Below are positions 59,268 to 64,000 of a stretch of DNA of 64,000 bases, one piece after another (the stretch's first letter is position 1; every line of letters begins with the position of its first letter). Source of the stretch: Chiloscyllium plagiosum (lineage: Eukaryota); NCBI RefSeq assembly GCF_004010195.1, contig NC_057719.1, forward strand, positions 38,376,758 through 38,440,757, read 5' to 3'. The position numbers and the translations under genes were made by a program. Under the pieces are notes generated by a model, which was not told where the DNA came from, did not search any database, and saw only the letters and a program-made list of their open reading frames with translations.

Positions 59268-59510
59268 GATGTAAAAGATTTCAACAGCACTATTTAAACT
59301 TCAGGAAAAGTCTTCTTCAGTATGCTGACCAATATTTAATTTTTAAAAACTTAAAAACTTATCTGGTCATTCTCTCATCACTGTAGGAAGTTATTTTGGA
59401 CAAATTTGCTGTGACTGTTTCTGAATGACAACAGCAAATTCACCTTTAAAGTACTTCCTTGGTTGCAAGTGAGGTGAGGAAACTCGGTATATAACTGCAC
59501 ATCTCTGTTC
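59268..59510 (+). mobile_element. Deu-domain-type SINE relic
   Basis: gatgtaaaagat...gcactattt...gaccaatattt...ttatctggtcatt. Confidence 0.55.
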
Positions 59511-60536
59511 CTTTTAAAATCTCCTTACAAGAAGTTTTGCATCTTCCAGACTCCCAATAATTACCTTTGTGAAGGTAACCAAAACCAGTTAATCTAATGT
59601 GTTGCCTCCATTTTCAATATTTGTTCAATGCCTTTAAAAATTAAGTCAGAAAAAAATTCATAAAATCAGGAGATCTAAAAGATTTTATTTGTACCTTTAT
59701 TGTTTCTGCCCTAAATATCCTTTTAATGATTTAATTATTAAAAAAGAAAAAGTTCTTATTTCATTACTGCTGTATCACTGATGCCTTGACCCTGGTGCCA
59801 GTGGTCTTTGACGGGCAATGAAATGACTGGGACACTACATGATGAGAGGATATTGTCTCGGAGAAAGAAACAGATGTTTGTGCTGGTTAATTACAGAGTC
59901 ACAATGATAGGAGGAGTGGAGACATCTGCGGCTCATATCCTCCCTGCCCCTGTCTGAATGAGGTTGAGCTGGAAATTGCCTCCTGTGGGAAATATTGGGA
60001 GAGTGGTGAAGAGAAATGCGAAGAATAATCACCTATAGTGACACCACCTGTCTGCAGTAGGGGGTTGATTGGTGCCAAAAGTTAAATAATAGCTCTGACT
60101 TGACCATGAAATTGTAATCCCCTTCCCCCACTCTTCCATCTGGCGGTTTCTTTAAAGGAAATTCCAATAGAACTGTTGCAATTAACTAAGCATGCTTTTT
60201 GATGTATGGTTCGTTTTAGATTGCATATATAATTTAAACAAATAGTCTGGATGGGATCTCTTGGCAAGGGAGATAAATGAACATGCAGTTAAATTGTCAT
60301 GCATAATGTGTATACAGTATTTCTATATGAATGTTAACTAAGTACTTGCAAATTTTGGGCTCAGAAACATTTATAAGTCAGGTAATAAGAGCTTGTGTTT
60401 CATGTTTCAACTTATCACACATCTCAGAAATGCCTTAAATTGCTTCACAAGTGAAATTGTGGCAACTGGTATAATTCCAGAAAGTACAGCAGCTAAGTTG
60501 AACACAGCATGGTCCCACAAACTAAAAGAAGACAAG

Positions 60537-60867
60537 TGATGGTGGTGCAGTGGTTAGTATGGCTGCCTCAAAGTGCCAGGGACCCAGGTTTGATTCCTGC
60601 CTTGGACAACTGTCTGTGTGGAGTTTGTGCATTCTCCCCATGTCTCTATGGATTTTCTCTAGGTGCTTGTTTGCTCTATGGTGTAAATTAAGTGGATTGG
60701 CTATGCCAAAGTGTCCAGGGATGTGCAGGTTAGGTGGATGAGCCATGGGAAATACAGGATTACAGGGTTAGGGTAGGAGGATGAATCTAATTGGGATACT
60801 CTTTGGAGGGTCAATGTGGACTCGACAGGCGAAATAGTCTGCTTCCACACTGTAGAAATTCTATGAT
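60537..60867 (+). mobile_element. HE1-like V-SINE
   Basis: tRNA head, tgtgtggagtttg V-domain, tail ttccacactgtagaaattctatga. Confidence 0.82.
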
Positions 60868-62552
60868 CCGCTTTTTGGTTGAGGAAGGAATATTATCTGA
60901 GAAATTCCAGATCCTTCTATAATAATAATTTGAAAAAGAAAGTTTTAACGTCTACCCTAACCATTGGAATAAATGGATCATTCCTTGGTTCAACATCCTG
61001 TCAAAAGAATGATAAAGAATCTCAATGAGGCACAAGAAAAAAAAAGTGTGAAAACAAGGTTAATAGCAGGGTGGCAAAAATCCTAGTTTAAAAAATCGAT
61101 TTAGACTAAGGAAGGGAGGAATGCTCGAAAGATCATAGTTAAAGGAATGAAAAGTGTGTTATAGGAACTTAAGTTTCAGTTTCAGGTTTTGGGGAACTGG
61201 AGCCAATTAAGGTCTGAGGGGACATTGAGCAATGAATAGGGGGAAAAAAAACGTTGTGATATTTTAAGATAATAAAATTACAAAGTGCTGAAAATTGAGT
61301 TTACACGTGAATGCTTTTTCAAAAGGTTGGCTTTTAAAAGAAACAGTTTTTAAACATGCAGTTGTTAACAGTTATATCATTTAGACAATAGCTAAGTTGT
61401 TTCTGTGGGCCTGGCATGGTGTGTGAATCTGTTGAGAAAACAGTAGGAATTTGGAGAGTTCCTTAACTCCCAACAGCCTGTCTAAATATAATTTAAGAAG
61501 AAAAATAACTGCTAAATTTTAGTCAGAGGGCAGGGTGCAATTAAAATAACTAGCTTGATTACAAGAAGAATTATGAGAGAGTCTCAAATGTTCTAACATG
61601 TGAACTATTTTAAACATGTCTGCAGCTAAAAATACTAGTTATTTTCTCAATATTGTTTTGTAGGAGGCTTTAGCTTGGTGACACAGGGAGCCACAACATA
61701 TGGCACAAAAACCTGATGAACTTTCCTAAATTTATATCTTCATCCATTGAGCTAATGAATGGAGCCAGTGGAGCCAGTGCTTTTTCTATTTGAACTGTTG
61801 GATTAAGCCTGTGAGACAAGTAATGCAGATTCATATTTCATAACTCTGCAGAATGCAGTCTCACACTTTTTAAAAATCACCCGTGTATAGCTTATTAAGT
61901 TCACCAAGTCATCTGTGACCCTTTTATACAGGGCACAGTACATTTAGAATTTTCCAGAATAGCAAGCCTGCTGCAGTACTCAAACTTCTAGCATTCGTTG
62001 TAATTTCTGAAATAGCAATACAAAGGTATTTCATAACCTAACAATATTTATTAATCAAGATGAAAACAAAATCAACTGAAGTAACTTATTAGGAAATTAT
62101 CCAAACGTATTTAAAACCACAATCATTAATCATGCAACCACTTCATGTCACTCTGCACTTTCACTTGTGTGAGATTTTTAGCCAGTGCTATGTCTATTCA
62201 GTAAGTGATTATGTCACAATATTCTAGTTTAATCACGGGGATAGGTTCAGACTTTTACTACCTAGAAGACACTGGGTGCAAATTTCAGTGTGCATGTAAT
62301 TACACTATACTGTACTTCCTTATTTCCATTTCTCAGGGGCAAGATATGCCACTAGCTGCTTCCTCCAATGTACAGAGATATTGGTGTACAGAGGTACACC
62401 TCTGGAAAGCATTCTGTAAAGATATGGGTGTCCACAACTACACTCCTGCTGGCAATCTGCAAAGATTGTATACAGGTGCATATATGTACCATGACATTAA
62501 CTTGCAGTATTCCAATGTCACAAAGCTTAACTGGTATGTGTTGAGATGTGGG

Positions 62553-62810
62553 CATTACTGTCTGGCCAGCAATTATTGCTTGTCCCTACTCAGCCCTTGA
62601 GAAGGTGGTGGTGAGCTGCCTTCTTGAACTGCCGCAATCCATATGCTGCTAGTTGACTCACAATGTCATTAGGTAGGGAATTCCAGGATTTTGAACAATA
62701 ACAGTGAAGGAACTCCGATATATTTACAAGTTAGGCTGGTGAGTGGCTTGGTGGAGAACTGGCATATGGTATTGATCCCATGGAGCTGCTGCCCTTGTCC
62801 TTCTAGATGG
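62553..62810 (-). mobile_element. LINE-like 3' end; related copies at 63465-63665 (+) and ~57900-58010 (+)
   Basis: Shared gcagcggttcaagaaggcagctcaccaccaccttctcaaggg motif. Confidence 0.65.
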
Positions 62811-64000
62811 AAGTTTGTGTACTCAAGAAATAAAAAGATGTGGCTTCAAGATGAACCCTTCAGTAATGTTATTTAAAGAGGTAGACAGCTAGATTTTTAT
62901 CCCTTGCAAAGTGGCACTCAATGATTTTGGGATATTTGGTGAGGTCTAGTATCTAACAGACAGCATTGCTGTTCTTTGCAGGAGTGGATGTGAGCTGTGT
63001 ATATAGAGGCTGCAACAAGTATGAGCTCAGTGGCAGCATGCATCTGAATCTGCAACATAACACAGTGGCAAGGCAGCTCTGTGCCATCCCTATACAAAGA
63101 GAAGCAAAGAATAATTAAAGAACTGTCAGCCAAAAACATTCTTCTAAAATAGTAAAAAAGTGGTGAAAGATAGGGTTTATTAGGGACCAAAAAGGAGAAT
63201 TACACAGGAAGGCAAGGGGCATGGCTGAGGTATTACATGAATATGTTGCATCTGGCTTTACCAAAGAGAGAGATGCTAGCTAGGCCATGATGAAACAGGA
63301 AGTAACCCAGAGTTCACAACTGGTAAGAAAATTATGTTGGATAAGCTGTTGGAACTCAAAGTTGCCATGTTACTTGGATCAGATGAGATGCATCCAAGGA
63401 ATGTGAACGAAGTGAGTAGAATTTGAGGGATACTGGCCACAATCTTTCAGTTTTCTCTAGTCTCCCTTTCAAGCCATGCATCATACTGACTTGGCAATAT
63501 TTCATGGTTCCTTCAGTGTGGCTGGGTCAAAGTCATTTGTCCTCAATAGCATTATGGACAAACCTACAAAATATAGACTGCAGTGGTTTGAGAAAGCAGC
63601 TCACCACCACCTTTTCAAGGGCACTAAATGCTGGTTTTGCCAGTGATGCTCACATCCCATGTATAAACTAATAAAAAAGCCAGATAGGATGATGATTTGT
63701 TGGGACTTGTTAAGGGTCCATTATACAAATTGGCTAGCATCCTCAACATACTCAGCAACATGGCCAGCATCATGATGGGAGAACTACCTTCTCTGTAGGA
63801 TTCAGGTGATGCAGGTTTTCCATCACCTGTCAATTCTGCATGGCTTCTTTCTAGCCTATCACACATTGTTCTGCAAGGACAGGCAACATATGAGTGCGAA
63901 CATAGCTCTGTGATTGAGTGACATTCCTGTCATGGCTAAATAGTTGGAAGTAGGCAGCGAGATGAATTGGAGAATGGCAACATGGGTAGATGTGTGAGGG

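Noticed and set aside
62205..62600. 131-aa ORF
   Set aside because: No recognisable domain or splice context, and its end runs into a LINE tail.
57000..64000. CDC42BPB last exon expected from human synteny
   Set aside because: The expected C-terminal motif (KHSTPSNSSNPS..PSPNSPH) was not recognisable on the minus strand.

Overview
Repeat-rich vertebrate DNA, probably from a shark or other elasmobranch (inferred from HE1-type V-SINEs, Deu-domain SINEs and abundant CR1 LINEs), with five assembly gaps. One host gene is recognisable: amnionless (AMN, the cubilin co-receptor) on the + strand. Nine GT-AG coding exons (5589-42270; exons 4-12 by analogy to the human gene) join into one 1230-nt frame (409 aa + stop). 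It includes the Cys-rich VWC module, the TM helix and the cytoplasmic tail. The first FxNPxF endocytosis motif reads FSNLMF; the second (FTNPAF) is intact. Exons 1-3 were not found and presumably lie upstream. Intron 9 holds a two-LTR, decayed Gmr1-like Ty3/Gypsy retrotransposon with integrase upstream of RT, itself carrying nested insertions. At least three Penelope-like element (PLE) families each carry a minimal hammerhead-ribozyme motif, and several insertions are tiny TSD-flanked fold-backs made only of that terminal repeat. The rest is CR1, L2, L1, Rex1/Babar-like LINE, SINE and MITE debris. I cannot show a wholly new biological system. The best candidates for a second look are the hammerhead fold-back mini-elements, the Gmr1-like element and the altered AMN tail. 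All calls come from reading the sequence by eye; no searches were run, and repeat boundaries are approximate unless a TSD is quoted.
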